DNA from: Halomonas sp.
Lineage (GTDB): Bacteria; Pseudomonadota; Gammaproteobacteria; Pseudomonadales; Halomonadaceae
Direction of reading: 5' to 3'
NCBI RefSeq assembly: GCF_029263665.1
Contig: NZ_JAJUFQ010000019.1
Coordinates: 18,604 to 82,603 of the forward strand
Length of the DNA stretch: 64,000 bases
The stretch's first letter is position 1. Every line of letters starts with the position of its first letter. Shown piece after piece: positions 48,873-58,977 of this stretch. Under the pieces are notes generated by a model. The model was not told the DNA's origin. It searched no databases and worked only from the letters and a program-made list of their open reading frames with translations. The position numbers and the translations under genes were made by a program.

Positions 48873-50378
48873 ATGTTCGACTTTCTGATCGAAGGCTTTT
48901 CTGTCGCCCTGACACCACTCAATCTGGGGCTTGCTTTCCTTGGTGCCTTGCTCGGCACCCTGTTCGGGGCCCTGCCAGGTATCGGCCCGATCAATGGCAT
49001 TGCCATCCTGATGCCGCTGGCCTACACGCTGGGCCTGCCGGCTGAATCGGCCCTGATCCTGCTCGCGGGCATCTATACCGGCGCCGAGTACGGTGGCCGC
49101 ATGTCCAGCATTCTGCTCAATGTGCCTGGTGATGCCGGTGCGGTGATGACGACACTGGACGGCCATCCGCTGGCCAAGAAAGGCCTGGCGGGACCTGCAC
49201 TCGGGCTTTCTGCCGTCAGTTCCTTCGTTGGCGCGACCATCGCCATCCTCGGCCTGACCCTGTTTGCCCCCTTGCTGGCTCGGGTGGCGGTGATGTTTGG
49301 CCCCGCCGAGTTCTTCGCTTTGATGGTATTCGCGTTTTCCTCCATGGCCGTGATGATGGGCAAGGACCCGATCAAGACAGCCATTGGTGCCGTGCTTGGC
49401 GTGATGATTGCCATGATCGGCGTCGACTCCGCCACTGGCGTCATGCGCTACACCTTCGGCATGCCCGAACTGTTCGACGGTGTCGACTTCGTGGTCATGA
49501 TCATTGGCCTGTTTGCCATCAGTGAAATCCTGCTGATGCTGGAACACGCCAGTCGTCCGGATGATGACGGCAAACTGCCTCCCCTGGGCCGGGTGTTCGT
49601 GTCCACCAAGGAACTGCTGCTGTGCAAGGGCACCATGCTGCGTTCAGGCCTGCTGGGCTTCATCATCGGCGTGTTGCCGGGGACAGGTGCTTCGGTTGCC
49701 GGTGCGGTATCCTATACCACGGAAAAACGCCTGAACGACAAGCACGGTACCTTTGGCAAGGGCGACATGCGTGGCCTGGCCGCTCCCGAAGCCGCCAACA
49801 ATGCTTCCGCTGCGGGCTCCTTTGTGCCCATGCTGACGCTGGGTATCCCGGGGTCCGGCACCACGGCCGTACTGCTGGGCGCGTTGATGCTCTATAACAT
49901 CACCCCTGGCCCGACCATGTTCAGCGATAACCCGGAAGTTGCCGGAGGCCTGATTGCCTCACTGTATATTGGCAACCTGGTGCTGCTGGCACTCAACCTG
50001 CCACTGGCAGGCGTTTTCGCCAGGGTGCTGACCATTCCCCGCTGGGTGCTGGTCCCGGCCATCGCAGTCCTGTCCTTCGTCGGTGTCTATCAGCTGCATT
50101 CTGACTTGGCGGCGATCTATTTGATGCTGATCATCGGTATTGTCGGCTACCTGCTGCGCAAGCTGGGCTTTTCGCTGGCGCCGATCATCCTTGGCTACGT
50201 GCTGGGTGGGTTGATGGAAGACAACCTGCGTCGTGCATTGGCCATCAGCGGCGGAGACGTGGGCATCCTGTGGCAATCCGGCATCTCGTTATTCCTGTGG
50301 ATTGCTGCCGCTGCACTACTGGTACTGCCCTGGTTGTTGCCCAAGCTCATGGCAGGACGCAAGACCGGTACCGCCTGA
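48873..50378 (+). CDS. tctA: Tripartite tricarboxylate transporter permease
   Basis: [24 protein letters not shown] and LTLGIPGS motifs. Confidence 0.92.
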   Translation: MFDFLIEGFSVALTPLNLGLAFLGALLGTLFGALPGIGPINGIAILMPLAYTLGLPAESALILLAGIYTGAEYGGRMSSILLNVPGDAGAVMTTLDGHPLAKKGLAGPALGLSAVSSFVGATIAILGLTLFAPLLARVAVMFGPAEFFALMVFAFSSMAVMMGKDPIKTAIGAVLGVMIAMIGVDSATGVMRYTFGMPELFDGVDFVVMIIGLFAISEILLMLEHASRPDDDGKLPPLGRVFVSTKELLLCKGTMLRSGLLGFIIGVLPGTGASVAGAVSYTTEKRLNDKHGTFGKGDMRGLAAPEAANNASAAGSFVPMLTLGIPGSGTTAVLLGALMLYNITPGPTMFSDNPEVAGGLIASLYIGNLVLLALNLPLAGVFARVLTIPRWVLVPAIAVLSFVGVYQLHSDLAAIYLMLIIGIVGYLLRKLGFSLAPIILGYVLGGLMEDNLRRALAISGGDVGILWQSGISLFLWIAAAALLVLPWLLPKLMAGRKTGTA

Positions 50379-50439
50379 ACCTTTCATGCTCCGGGATCCG
50401 TGGATTCCGGAGTGTCTTTTTTCACATCCAGGAGCTTGA

Positions 50440-51507
50440 ATGTCGCCCCCACCTATCGCCATGCCCGGCATCCTGCGTTATATCCCCACTCTGGTACTGG
50501 GTGGCCTGGGGGGATTCGTGGCCTACCACTTGAACATGCCTCTGCCTTGGCTGCTGGGCGCGCTGATCACGACGACAGCCGTCAGTCTTGCCGGTATTCG
50601 GCTTGGCTCTCCGGGGCGTGTGCGCAAGGCGGTACTGGTAGTCATCGGCGTCATGCTGGGATCGGCTTTCGCCCCCGGCATGGCCAGTGATTTCGCTGCC
50701 TGGTCGGGTAGCCTGATCATCATGTTGATCGCGACCGCCAGCATGATGGTGGTCGCGGTCTGGTTCTCCCACCGAATTGCCGGACATTCGCTGGATACCG
50801 CCATTTATGCAGGGGCGCCAGGTGGCCTGTCATCCCTGTTACCCATGGCACAGGAAGCTGGCGCCGACCTGCGCGCTGTGGGCATGACACATGCCGTGCG
50901 CATCCTCGTGCTGCTGGTAGCCATTCCGCCATTGCTCAATCTGATTGGCCACGTGGATATCAGCGCGAGTCGCAGCAATGCCAGCCAATGGCTCAGTTTT
51001 CCGGGACTGGAGGATAGCGGTTGGCTTGCAGGGGCTGCCGTGGTGGGGGTCGTCGTCGGCCGTCTACTACGCTTGCCCAATTCGCTGCTGTTCGGCCCAG
51101 CCCTCGCCTCTTCTGTCCTCCACCTGAGCGGTACCACTCATGCCGTATTGCCACCTGTCCTGATCGCCTTGGCCCAGGTGATCATCGGCACCTCGGTGGG
51201 CGTACGCTTTGTCGGTGTCACGTTAAGGGAAATGGCCAGGCAACTTGGCCTGGCACTGATACAGGCAGTGATGCTCACCGTTCTGGCCGTGGTGGCGGCA
51301 TGGGTCGGGCATGAGCTGACGGGCTATTCTGTGGCAGCGGCCTTGATTGCCTATATGCCGGGCGGAGCACCTGAACTCAGCCTGGTCGCCCTGGCACTCA
51401 ATATCGAGCCTGCCTTTGTCACCTCACATCATCTGTTGAGAATCACAGTGCTGCTGATCACCCTGCCGCTGTTGATCGGCTGGCTGACACGCAAGGTCGC
51501 ACGCTAG
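50440..51507 (+). CDS. AbrB-family membrane protein
   Basis: PWLLGAL, GAPGGLSS and MPGGAPELSL duplicated motifs; typical neighbour of tctA. Confidence 0.8.
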   Translation: MSPPPIAMPGILRYIPTLVLGGLGGFVAYHLNMPLPWLLGALITTTAVSLAGIRLGSPGRVRKAVLVVIGVMLGSAFAPGMASDFAAWSGSLIIMLIATASMMVVAVWFSHRIAGHSLDTAIYAGAPGGLSSLLPMAQEAGADLRAVGMTHAVRILVLLVAIPPLLNLIGHVDISASRSNASQWLSFPGLEDSGWLAGAAVVGVVVGRLLRLPNSLLFGPALASSVLHLSGTTHAVLPPVLIALAQVIIGTSVGVRFVGVTLREMARQLGLALIQAVMLTVLAVVAAWVGHELTGYSVAAALIAYMPGGAPELSLVALALNIEPAFVTSHHLLRITVLLITLPLLIGWLTRKVAR

Positions 51508-51633
51508 ACAACATGCGGTGTACGACACGAAGATCGATCGGTTCATGGTAGGCTGGATACAGGTTTACCACTGTCCTGTTTTTATCTCGGTCCTGTTTTT
51601 ACCTCAGCTGCGCCCGTCGACAAGGAAGCTCTC

Positions 51634-52986
51634 ATGAACGATGCCCCCCAGGACATTCTCTCTGTCAGTGACCTCAATCGTCGTGCTCGCCAGGCTCTGG
51701 AAGCCAACATCGAGGAGTGCTGGGTCGAGGGGGAGTTGTCTGGTGTGTCTCGGCCGTCTTCGGGCCATGTCTACTTCACCCTCAAGGACGACCGAGCCCA
51801 GGTGCGTGCCGTACTGTTTCGCACTCGCAGCCGCTTTGTATCGACGCCAATGCGCGATGGCGACCTGGTTCGCGTGCGAGGACGGATCTCGCTGTTCGAA
51901 CCGCGGGGTGACTATCAACTGGTCGTGGAAGCCGTACAGGCGGCGGGGATTGGGGCTCTGCTTGCGGCCCTCGAGGCACTCAAGACCAAGCTGGCCGAAG
52001 AAGGCGTGTTTGCCAATGCCCGTTCTCTGCCATATCCACCGCGCCACCTGCTGGTACTGAGCTCGGCCACCGGTGCCGCCATTCGCGATGTCCTGGCTGT
52101 CCTGCGAGCCCGCTGGCCACTGGTCAAGGTCACGCTGATTCCGGTGCCCGTGCAGGGCAGCGAGGCAGCTCCCGCCATGATTTCTGCGCTGGGCCTGCTC
52201 AACCGGCAGTCGACACTGGATCCCCAGCAGGATGTCGTGCTGATCACCCGCGGAGGCGGAAGCCTGGAGGATCTCTGGGCCTTCAACGATGAGCACCTCG
52301 CCCGGGCCATCCACCACTCACGCCTTCCGGTAATGGCCGCAGTAGGCCACGAAATCGACTCCAGCATCGCCGACCTGGCGGCTGATGCCAGTGCTCCCAC
52401 ACCTTCTGCCGCGGCCGAGCGCCTGGTCCCCATGCGTGACACCATGCTCCAGCGCTTGAGCCAGCTTGAAGTCCAGATGCTTCGCACACAACGCAGACGC
52501 CTGGAGGTCGAAAGCCAACGCCTGGATCATCTGCGCCTTCGCCTGCGCCACCCCGGTGAGCACCTGCAGCGTCAGCACCAAACACTGCTCCAACTGCAAC
52601 GCCGTCTGCAGCGCGCCATGCAGGATACGCTCGATCGTTGTGCCCGCTCCCATCGCGAATTCGCCCACCGCCTGCGGCTGCGCGCTCCTCAAGCGACATT
52701 ACATGAGGCCCACACTCGGCTGCAACGCCTCGAGCAACGCTTGATCAGTGCACAGCAGCATGACCTCAAACGCCATCGCGAGCAGTTGGCTTCGCGCATG
52801 CGCCAGCTACATGCTGTCAGCCCTCTCGCGGTTCTTGGCCGCGGCTATGCCATTCTTGCAGACGACACTGGCCGAGTGATCCGCTCAGCGAATCAGACTC
52901 GGCCAGGTGAAGTGCTCGATGCCCGGTTGGGCGAAGGGAAATTGACGCTGACGGTCAGCGCTGTAAGTTCTGAGCCCCAGGCTTGA
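51634..52986 (+). CDS. xseA: Exodeoxyribonuclease VII large subunit
   Basis: WVEGELS..SGHVYFTLKD, RGGGSLEDLWAFN and TPSAAAE motifs. Confidence 0.97.
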   Translation: MNDAPQDILSVSDLNRRARQALEANIEECWVEGELSGVSRPSSGHVYFTLKDDRAQVRAVLFRTRSRFVSTPMRDGDLVRVRGRISLFEPRGDYQLVVEAVQAAGIGALLAALEALKTKLAEEGVFANARSLPYPPRHLLVLSSATGAAIRDVLAVLRARWPLVKVTLIPVPVQGSEAAPAMISALGLLNRQSTLDPQQDVVLITRGGGSLEDLWAFNDEHLARAIHHSRLPVMAAVGHEIDSSIADLAADASAPTPSAAAERLVPMRDTMLQRLSQLEVQMLRTQRRRLEVESQRLDHLRLRLRHPGEHLQRQHQTLLQLQRRLQRAMQDTLDRCARSHREFAHRLRLRAPQATLHEAHTRLQRLEQRLISAQQHDLKRHREQLASRMRQLHAVSPLAVLGRGYAILADDTGRVIRSANQTRPGEVLDARLGEGKLTLTVSAVSSEPQA

Positions 52987-54340
52987 AGGCAGAAGGCTCC
53001 AGTTCATGGCGCGACAACAGCTTGTAGAAGTCGGTGCGATTGCGTCCGGCGATCCGTGCGGCTTGCGTCACATTGCCTTCGGTAATCTTCAGCACCTTGA
53101 CCAGATAACTGCGCTCAAAACCGGCACGGGCATCATTGAAGGTAGGCAGCGCGTTATCTTCTGCCACGAGCGCCTGAGCCACCAGGGCTTCAGGAATCAT
53201 CGGAGCACTGGACAGTGCCACGCACTGCTCGACCACATTGACCAGTTGACGCACATTTCCGGGCCAGGAACTGGTCGCCAGCAGGTTCATGGCCTCCGGG
53301 GAAAAGCCCTTGACGAAAGGCTTGTGGCGCGAAGCAGCCTGGGCGACCAGGTGCTTGACCAGTAGCGGCACATCCTCGGCACGGTCCTTCAATGGCGGCA
53401 ACTTCAGGTTGACGACATTGAGGCGATAGTAGAGATCCTCGCGAAATTCGCCTTCGTGCATGGCCTGATCCAGATCGCGGTGCGTCGCAGACAGCACGCG
53501 CACATCTACCGGTATGGAAGAGGTCGAACCCAACGGGCGTACTTGTCGTTCCTGCAGGACACGCAATAGCTTGACCTGTAGCGACAGCGGCATGTCGCCG
53601 ATTTCGTCAAGGAACAGGGTGCCGCCATCGGCTGCCTGGAACAGTCCGCCATGTTCACTGATCGCGCCGGTAAACGCCCCCCGGGCATGACCGAACAACT
53701 CACTCTCCAGCAGTTGCTCAGGCAAGGCGCCACAGTTGATGGCAACGAATGGCTTGTCGGCTCTCGAACTCGCCTTATGGATGGCATTGGCCAACAGTTC
53801 CTTGCCCGAACCGGAAGGGCCGGTGATCAGAACACTGACATCAGAGCCTGCCACCATGCGGGCCTGTTCCAGGATGCGTTCCATTTCCGGGCTACGGGTG
53901 ATGATTTCATCCCGCCAACTGTCATCCCCCTCACCCGTATTGGTCAGATGCGCCAAGGCATCGTCAATGGCACCGAACAACTCATCGCGATCCACCGGCT
54001 TGGTCAGAAAGCTGAAGACTCCCTGACGCGTGGCGCTGACGGCATCAGGAATAGAGCCATGAGCCGTCAGGATGATGACAGGCAGGCCTGGCATGCGCCG
54101 CTGAATCTCCTGAAACAACGCCATACCATCCATTTCGTCCATACGCAGGTCGGACAGCACCAGGTCCGGACGTGCCTCATCCAGCCGCTTCAGTGCATCA
54201 CGCCCACTCTCCGCCGTGGTCACACGATAGCCACGGCTTTCCAGGCGCATACCCAACAGTTTGAGCAGGCTGACATCATCATCAACCAGCAGAATGTGGG
54301 CCGATACCTTCGCGCTTGGCGTCGTTGCAACGTGTTTCAT
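52955..54340 (-). CDS. glrR: Sigma54-dependent response regulator GlrR (QseF/YfhA)
   Basis: REC domain, [34 protein letters not shown]; C-terminal [10 protein letters not shown] typical of GlrR. Confidence 0.9.
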   Translation of the reverse strand: MKHVATTPSAKVSAHILLVDDDVSLLKLLGMRLESRGYRVTTAESGRDALKRLDEARPDLVLSDLRMDEMDGMALFQEIQRRMPGLPVIILTAHGSIPDAVSATRQGVFSFLTKPVDRDELFGAIDDALAHLTNTGEGDDSWRDEIITRSPEMERILEQARMVAGSDVSVLITGPSGSGKELLANAIHKASSRADKPFVAINCGALPEQLLESELFGHARGAFTGAISEHGGLFQAADGGTLFLDEIGDMPLSLQVKLLRVLQERQVRPLGSTSSIPVDVRVLSATHRDLDQAMHEGEFREDLYYRLNVVNLKLPPLKDRAEDVPLLVKHLVAQAASRHKPFVKGFSPEAMNLLATSSWPGNVRQLVNVVEQCVALSSAPMIPEALVAQALVAEDNALPTFNDARAGFERSYLVKVLKITEGNVTQAARIAGRNRTDFYKLLSRHELEPSAFKPGAQNLQR

Positions 54341-54453
54341 TTCGGAGTCTCCACAGGGCCTTGTCAGGCCCCTGTCTATCGCAGGTTGATGCTTTTCCCA
54401 CCTGCTACCGCAGGTAGATGATCAAGTCGACCTGCCGATGCAGATTGATACGA

Positions 54454-55083
54454 CTATTCCACCTGCTGACGCAGGTTAATGTTTTGCTCAATGGCAGTTA
54501 GAGCTTCGAGCTTCTTGGCAAGTTCCTGATTCTCCTTGCGCAGTTGCGCTACTTCGTCATCGTTGTAGCCAACGCGCCCCTGCAATGCGAGGCGCCCCTC
54601 CAGCTCATTGCGCCAGTAGCGCATCAGCGGTTGCAGTTCCTCAGGCGCCGATTCCAGGTCCGACTTGAGCACATCCGATGCCTCGCGCCATTGGGACACC
54701 GAACCCCAGGCCTGCACTACCGCTCGAGCCAAGCGCTGCTCAGGCGCGTATCCCACGGTACGCCCCAGCATATCCGTGCGCCATTGGTGATCACCGCGCT
54801 GGGAGGCCAGGCCAAAGGCGACCCAGTCTTCCAGCATGCAGTCCGACTCCGCGAAATTCGGCACGTTATTGCTGGCATCGACAGCACACTTCAGGGATGA
54901 GTCTTCGACCACCGCGGGTGCTCCATCACGTCCCTGCAGTATCAATGCATCGCATCCGGCCACCCCCGTAAGGCTGACAAAAAGGACCGCCAGAGCCAGG
55001 CGTTCCATGCCTTTGTGGAAAAACGGACTATCGCTCCATGGATGACGACATCCGCATAACAGGGTCTGCGCCCTCGTAATCAT
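54454..55083 (-). CDS. QseG/YfhG-like lipoprotein
   Basis: Lipobox-like VAGC after a hydrophobic stretch; C-terminal KKLEALTAIEQNINLR; lies between glrK and glrR. Confidence 0.7.
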   Translation of the reverse strand: MITRAQTLLCGCRHPWSDSPFFHKGMERLALAVLFVSLTGVAGCDALILQGRDGAPAVVEDSSLKCAVDASNNVPNFAESDCMLEDWVAFGLASQRGDHQWRTDMLGRTVGYAPEQRLARAVVQAWGSVSQWREASDVLKSDLESAPEELQPLMRYWRNELEGRLALQGRVGYNDDEVAQLRKENQELAKKLEALTAIEQNINLRQQVE

Positions 55084-56606
55084 AAGGTCAGGTTCCTTGC
55101 GTCCTTGCCCGACGAAGTGGGCTCATGTCGTGATTGTTGCAATTGTCGTGATTGCTGTACTGCCTTGCTTCCCTCATTGGCAGGAAGCGTCAAACGGAAG
55201 CAAACCGCCATATCAGGATCATCCACCAGGGCCAATGCTCCACCTTGCAGGCGGGCGCAATCAGCAGCCACGGAAAGGCCTATTCCGGAGCCCTTCAATG
55301 CGCCCTTGCGCTTTGCCTGGCCCTGATAGAACGCCTCGAACAGATGAGGACGATCTTGCTTCGCAATAGGGTCACCACTATTGGCAACTTCCAGTTCCAA
55401 GCGATCATGCAAGGCCTTGGCACGAATCACCAGCTCTCCACCATCCTCACCATATGCGATGGCATTGGATATCAGGTTGTCCAGCACTCGGGCTGTCGCC
55501 TGGTGGTCAGCGAACCAGTTGAGAGGCCCGGGAAAGGCCTCAACGCGCATCTCCTTCGACTGGAGAGCCAGACGATGCTTGGCTAATACCTCACTCACGA
55601 CAGTGGCCATGTCGAGACGCTCAATCTCGGCATTGCGTGAGTGCTGTATCAAATTATAGTCAAGCAGTTGCTCGATCAGGCGCTGAAGCTCTCCCCCGCT
55701 GGTATCCAGCAATCTGAGGACTTCGTGCTGTTGTTCGGTCAACTCTCCGACCACCCCATCAGACAGCAGCGCCGTACCTTCCCGCACACTGGCAAGGGGC
55801 GTTTTCAATTCATGGGACATATGGCGCAGGAATTGCTGCTTCTGCGCTTCCAGTTCCTCGAGTCGCGTGGTCAGCCAGTCGAGCCGCTCGCCAAGCACTA
55901 CCAGTTCTGCAGGCCCTTGCACCCGCTTCACTTTTCCATCCTCTTGACCGGCACGACCGGTGCCGATGCCCAGAATACGACGCTCGAGTTGGCGTACAGG
56001 ACGAGTAATCAAGCGGGTGAACAACAGCATCAGCAGCAAACTGGACGATACCAGCGCAGCCGTTTGCCACCACAAGCGTCGTTGTACCTGTATGGCCCGT
56101 TCACGAATATTATCAAGGCGCTCATCGATGCGAAGGTTGGTGGCCTTGCGCATGCCCTCTACATTTTTCGAGAACGGTTCAAACCAACCCAGGGCCCTCT
56201 CATAGGTCTCTGCATCAAGCTTCGGTAAGGTCGCCAAGTCATCCAGCAACTTTTCCAGGGCCAACACATGCTCTTCATCTACCAGCAGCAAGCGCTGCTG
56301 GGCAAGCAACTGACGAAACTCTTCCAGGCGCTCGTCATAGATATCGAGCAAGCTTTGTTGCTGAACCACAGCGTACTGACGCGCACCACGTTCTATTTCC
56401 ACCGCCAGCGAACTCAATGTACGCGCCCGGCGGGTTTCTACCACCGCCTGGCGTGCACTGACTTCGGCCAGTCGAGACCACTCGGATAGCGCTTGACCAG
56501 CCTGGTACATCAGCACGCCTAGAGGAAGCATGACCACGACAAAGGCCAACAATACTAATTGCAACAGTGAACGGGGGCGCCATCGGCGCGAGGCAGCAGA
56601 AGTCAT
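55080..56606 (-). CDS. glrK: Sensor histidine kinase GlrK (QseE/YfhK)
   Basis: RPRSLLQL N-terminus; FLRHMSHELKTPLAS, NLISNAIAY and FYQG..KGSGIGLS motifs. Confidence 0.9.
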   Translation of the reverse strand: MTSAASRRWRPRSLLQLVLLAFVVVMLPLGVLMYQAGQALSEWSRLAEVSARQAVVETRRARTLSSLAVEIERGARQYAVVQQQSLLDIYDERLEEFRQLLAQQRLLLVDEEHVLALEKLLDDLATLPKLDAETYERALGWFEPFSKNVEGMRKATNLRIDERLDNIRERAIQVQRRLWWQTAALVSSSLLLMLLFTRLITRPVRQLERRILGIGTGRAGQEDGKVKRVQGPAELVVLGERLDWLTTRLEELEAQKQQFLRHMSHELKTPLASVREGTALLSDGVVGELTEQQHEVLRLLDTSGGELQRLIEQLLDYNLIQHSRNAEIERLDMATVVSEVLAKHRLALQSKEMRVEAFPGPLNWFADHQATARVLDNLISNAIAYGEDGGELVIRAKALHDRLELEVANSGDPIAKQDRPHLFEAFYQGQAKRKGALKGSGIGLSVAADCARLQGGALALVDDPDMAVCFRLTLPANEGSKAVQQSRQLQQSRHEPTSSGKDARNLTL

Positions 56607-56734
56607 GACCAGCGTTCTATGAAGAAAAGTGAATGAAGCGTCCATCAATTCCTCCACAGAATACCAGAAGTGGGGTCCCAAACCCTCGTCATCACTTGTC
56701 GTAATCCATCCTTCTTCACCAAGAAAGGCTCCCT

Positions 56735-56760
56735 AAAAAAAGGGCCGGCATGGCCGGCCC
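56735..56760 (-). terminator. Rho-independent terminator ending a transcript upstream of glrK
   Basis: Minus strand GGGCCGGC-CAT-GCCGGCCC followed by a T7 tract. Confidence 0.85.
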
Positions 56761-57172
56761 GAATACGCAGGGAACTGAAGGGGTTGAAAAACCGATCAAT
56801 CGATAGCCTGGCCCACCCATTGAACGACCTTCCAGTGGCCCGAAGGCCCGAAGCCGTACCAACGCCTACATCACCAGGAACCGGACCGTTGGAACATGGA
56901 TGGAAAACCATCCAGCCTCGTACATCGCACTGACACCTTTCGGGCACCAGCACTAAATTCTCCCCGATAAGGGGGGCATCCATGCCAGAGCATCCTTGCT
57001 CTTCACGATACCTATCCATGCCATTCAGGCCGGTACCGTCTCATCGCAACCTTTGTGTCGCACATCTCGCGCGGAGCAGACGCTGGACACTTTTCGGGAC
57101 ACACAGGGCAGTGATTTCCCGAAGAGCGATCCGGGAAGAAGCATGACCGGAGCCCACTTCTTCCCCTGCTCA
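56735..57172 (-). ncRNA. Putative ~440-nt structured sRNA in the glmY-equivalent position
   Basis: Bounded by a sigma54-like promoter and a terminator; many hairpins (C-UUCG-G, C-GAAA-G, two ANGGAN loops); no credible ORF. Confidence 0.45.
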
Positions 57173-57183
57173 CCATGATATAT

Positions 57184-57199
57184 AGCCAGCACCGTGCCA
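57184..57199 (-). promoter_or_regulatory. Sigma54 (-24/-12) promoter
   Basis: TGGCACGGTGCTGGCT versus consensus TGGCACG-N4-TTGCW; GG and GC correctly spaced. Confidence 0.65.
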
Positions 57200-57295
57200 G
57201 TTATGGAAATATTGATATTTATCATACCTTTACATCAATACTATTTTTCTCTTTCAGTGTCATCGAAGCAGATATCGGTAAAACAGCAGAAGAAA

Positions 57296-57378
57296 CGTCT
57301 CCAAACGGCAACGCAAATATCATAGTTTTTAGGTAATTTAGAAAAACCAACAAGTTATCTCGTCTCCATATGGAGACA
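57296..57378. promoter_or_regulatory. Candidate GlrR enhancer sites
   Basis: CGTC-TCCATATGGA-GACA (57361-57378) is one mismatch from TGTC-N10-GACA; weaker CGTC-N10-AACG at 57296-57313; IHF-like AACCAA-N4-TTA at 57345-57357. Confidence 0.55.
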
Positions 57379-57408
57379 ATGCAATAAGACCAGAGTACGA
57401 AGAGAAGC

Positions 57409-57433
57409 CACCGCCCGAGAGCGTCGGGCGGTG
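57409..57433 (-). terminator. Probable argA terminator
   Basis: 10-bp stem CACCGCCCGA/TCGGGCGGTG followed on the minus strand by GCTTCTCTT. Confidence 0.6.
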
Positions 57434-57458
57434 ATGGAGGGAAAGAGGGTGCGGTGTT

Positions 57459-58769
57459 CTAGAGGGCCTTGAGCAGGACTTTCGACTTCCTCGCATGGTT
57501 GTATGCATCCCGCTTGAGCGGTGGCAACTCTTCCAGAGTTGCCTGGATGAAACCATGCTCCAGGAACCAATGTGCCGTATGTGTCGTCAGGGCGAAAAGA
57601 CTGTCAATTCCGCGCCGGCCGGCAATGCGCTCGACTTCTGCCAACAGGCGCTCTCCACGAGCACCACTGCGATAGTCTGGATGCACGGCGACACAGGCAA
57701 GTTCACCGAGTCTACTGCCATCAAAGCGATGCAGGGCGGCACATCCAATAATCATGCCATCGCGTTCGATCACCAGGTAGTCATCGATATCATGTTCGAG
57801 CCTTTCACGAGAACGAGGCACCAGCATTCCCCGCCGCTCCAGAGGCTCAAGCAGCTCGAGCAGGCCACCGATATCACTCAGTTCCGCCATTCGCAGTTGC
57901 TCATAACGATGCTGAGTGATCATCGTGCCCACCCCATCACGTGTGAACAGCTCACCAAGAAGGGCATCGGCATCACGCCAGGACAGCAGGTGGGTGCGTG
58001 ACACGCCGTGCAATGCTGCTTCGCAGGCCGCACCCAGATGGCGAGCCAGCTCACTGTCAGGAGCTGCCGATTGTAATAGCGGCGCCGCATCAGCCGGACT
58101 CAACTGACGCAATAGCATTCCTGCTTCATCCCGTAAGCCATCAGCTTCACCAAGCAGGATGAGCTTGTCCGCATTCAGTGCCACAGCAGCATGTTGTGCT
58201 ACATCGGCAGCATCCAGATCGAAGACCTCCCCTGTGCTGGAATACCCCAGCGGGGGTAGCAATACCAGTGCCTTCTGCTCCAGCAATGCCCTGATGCCCG
58301 CCGCTCGCACTCTACGCACTTCACCAGAACGATGAAAATCGACACCGTCACGAACCCCCAAGGGCTTGGCCATCACCAGGTTACCCGACACAGCAGTCAG
58401 CTCGATGCCATGCAATGGCGTATTCGGCAGCCCCAGCGATAACCTTGCTTCAAGCCATAGGCGCTGCTCTGCCGCCACCCGCTCTACCCTGGCCATGATC
58501 GCCTCATCAGCCACCCAGCGCCCGGCATGGCGCTCCGGCGTGATGCTCTCCTCGGCCAACGCGGCATTTACCTGGGGGCGAATGCCGAATGCAACGACCA
58601 GATTCACCCCCAGAGTATGCAGCAAGGCCAAGTCTTGAATCAGCGACTCCCCTCGCCCAGCGGCCATGGCCTCACCTTCAATCAGCACAACAAAGGTTCG
58701 GTCTCGGTGTGCATTGATATAGGGAGAAGAGTGGCGAAACCAGTCAACGAAGGAGAAGCGCGTGTTCAA
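57459..58769 (-). CDS. argA: Amino-acid N-acetyltransferase (N-acetylglutamate synthase)
   Basis: WFRHSSPYINAHR, GVDFHRSGEVR, ELFTRDGVGT and GNAT ELACVAVHPDYR motifs. Confidence 0.97.
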   Translation of the reverse strand: MNTRFSFVDWFRHSSPYINAHRDRTFVVLIEGEAMAAGRGESLIQDLALLHTLGVNLVVAFGIRPQVNAALAEESITPERHAGRWVADEAIMARVERVAAEQRLWLEARLSLGLPNTPLHGIELTAVSGNLVMAKPLGVRDGVDFHRSGEVRRVRAAGIRALLEQKALVLLPPLGYSSTGEVFDLDAADVAQHAAVALNADKLILLGEADGLRDEAGMLLRQLSPADAAPLLQSAAPDSELARHLGAACEAALHGVSRTHLLSWRDADALLGELFTRDGVGTMITQHRYEQLRMAELSDIGGLLELLEPLERRGMLVPRSRERLEHDIDDYLVIERDGMIIGCAALHRFDGSRLGELACVAVHPDYRSGARGERLLAEVERIAGRRGIDSLFALTTHTAHWFLEHGFIQATLEELPPLKRDAYNHARKSKVLLKAL

Positions 58770-58891
58770 TGTTGTGAGAACTCCAGCAAGGGCAGGGTTG
58801 CAGAATCAAGTATCTCCGCACTATATCAGACGATAGCGGGCACCGGAGAGGCTCTGGAATACACGGCAGCAAAAATGCATAAAATGACAAC

Positions 58892-58946
58892 GGCGCCTCT
58901 TCTTCACCATATCTCAATGAGCATATTTCAATGAAGAAGAGGCGCC
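58892..58946. repeat. Perfect 15-bp inverted repeat with 25-nt loop
   Basis: GGCGCCTCTTCTTCA ... TGAAGAAGAGGCGCC, between the tctA-like stop and the argA start. Confidence 0.85.
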
Positions 58947-58977
58947 ACTTCAGGTTGGCTTCAGATGATAGAGAACA

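Noticed and set aside
52955-52986. 32-nt convergent overlap of xseA and glrR
   Set aside because: Short 3' overlaps of convergent genes are common, and both proteins are full length.
56645-57019. 124-aa minus-strand ORF upstream of glrK as a protein gene
   Set aside because: It runs through the strong terminator at 56735-56760 and shows no recognisable motif; a non-coding interpretation fits better, though a short peptide is not excluded.
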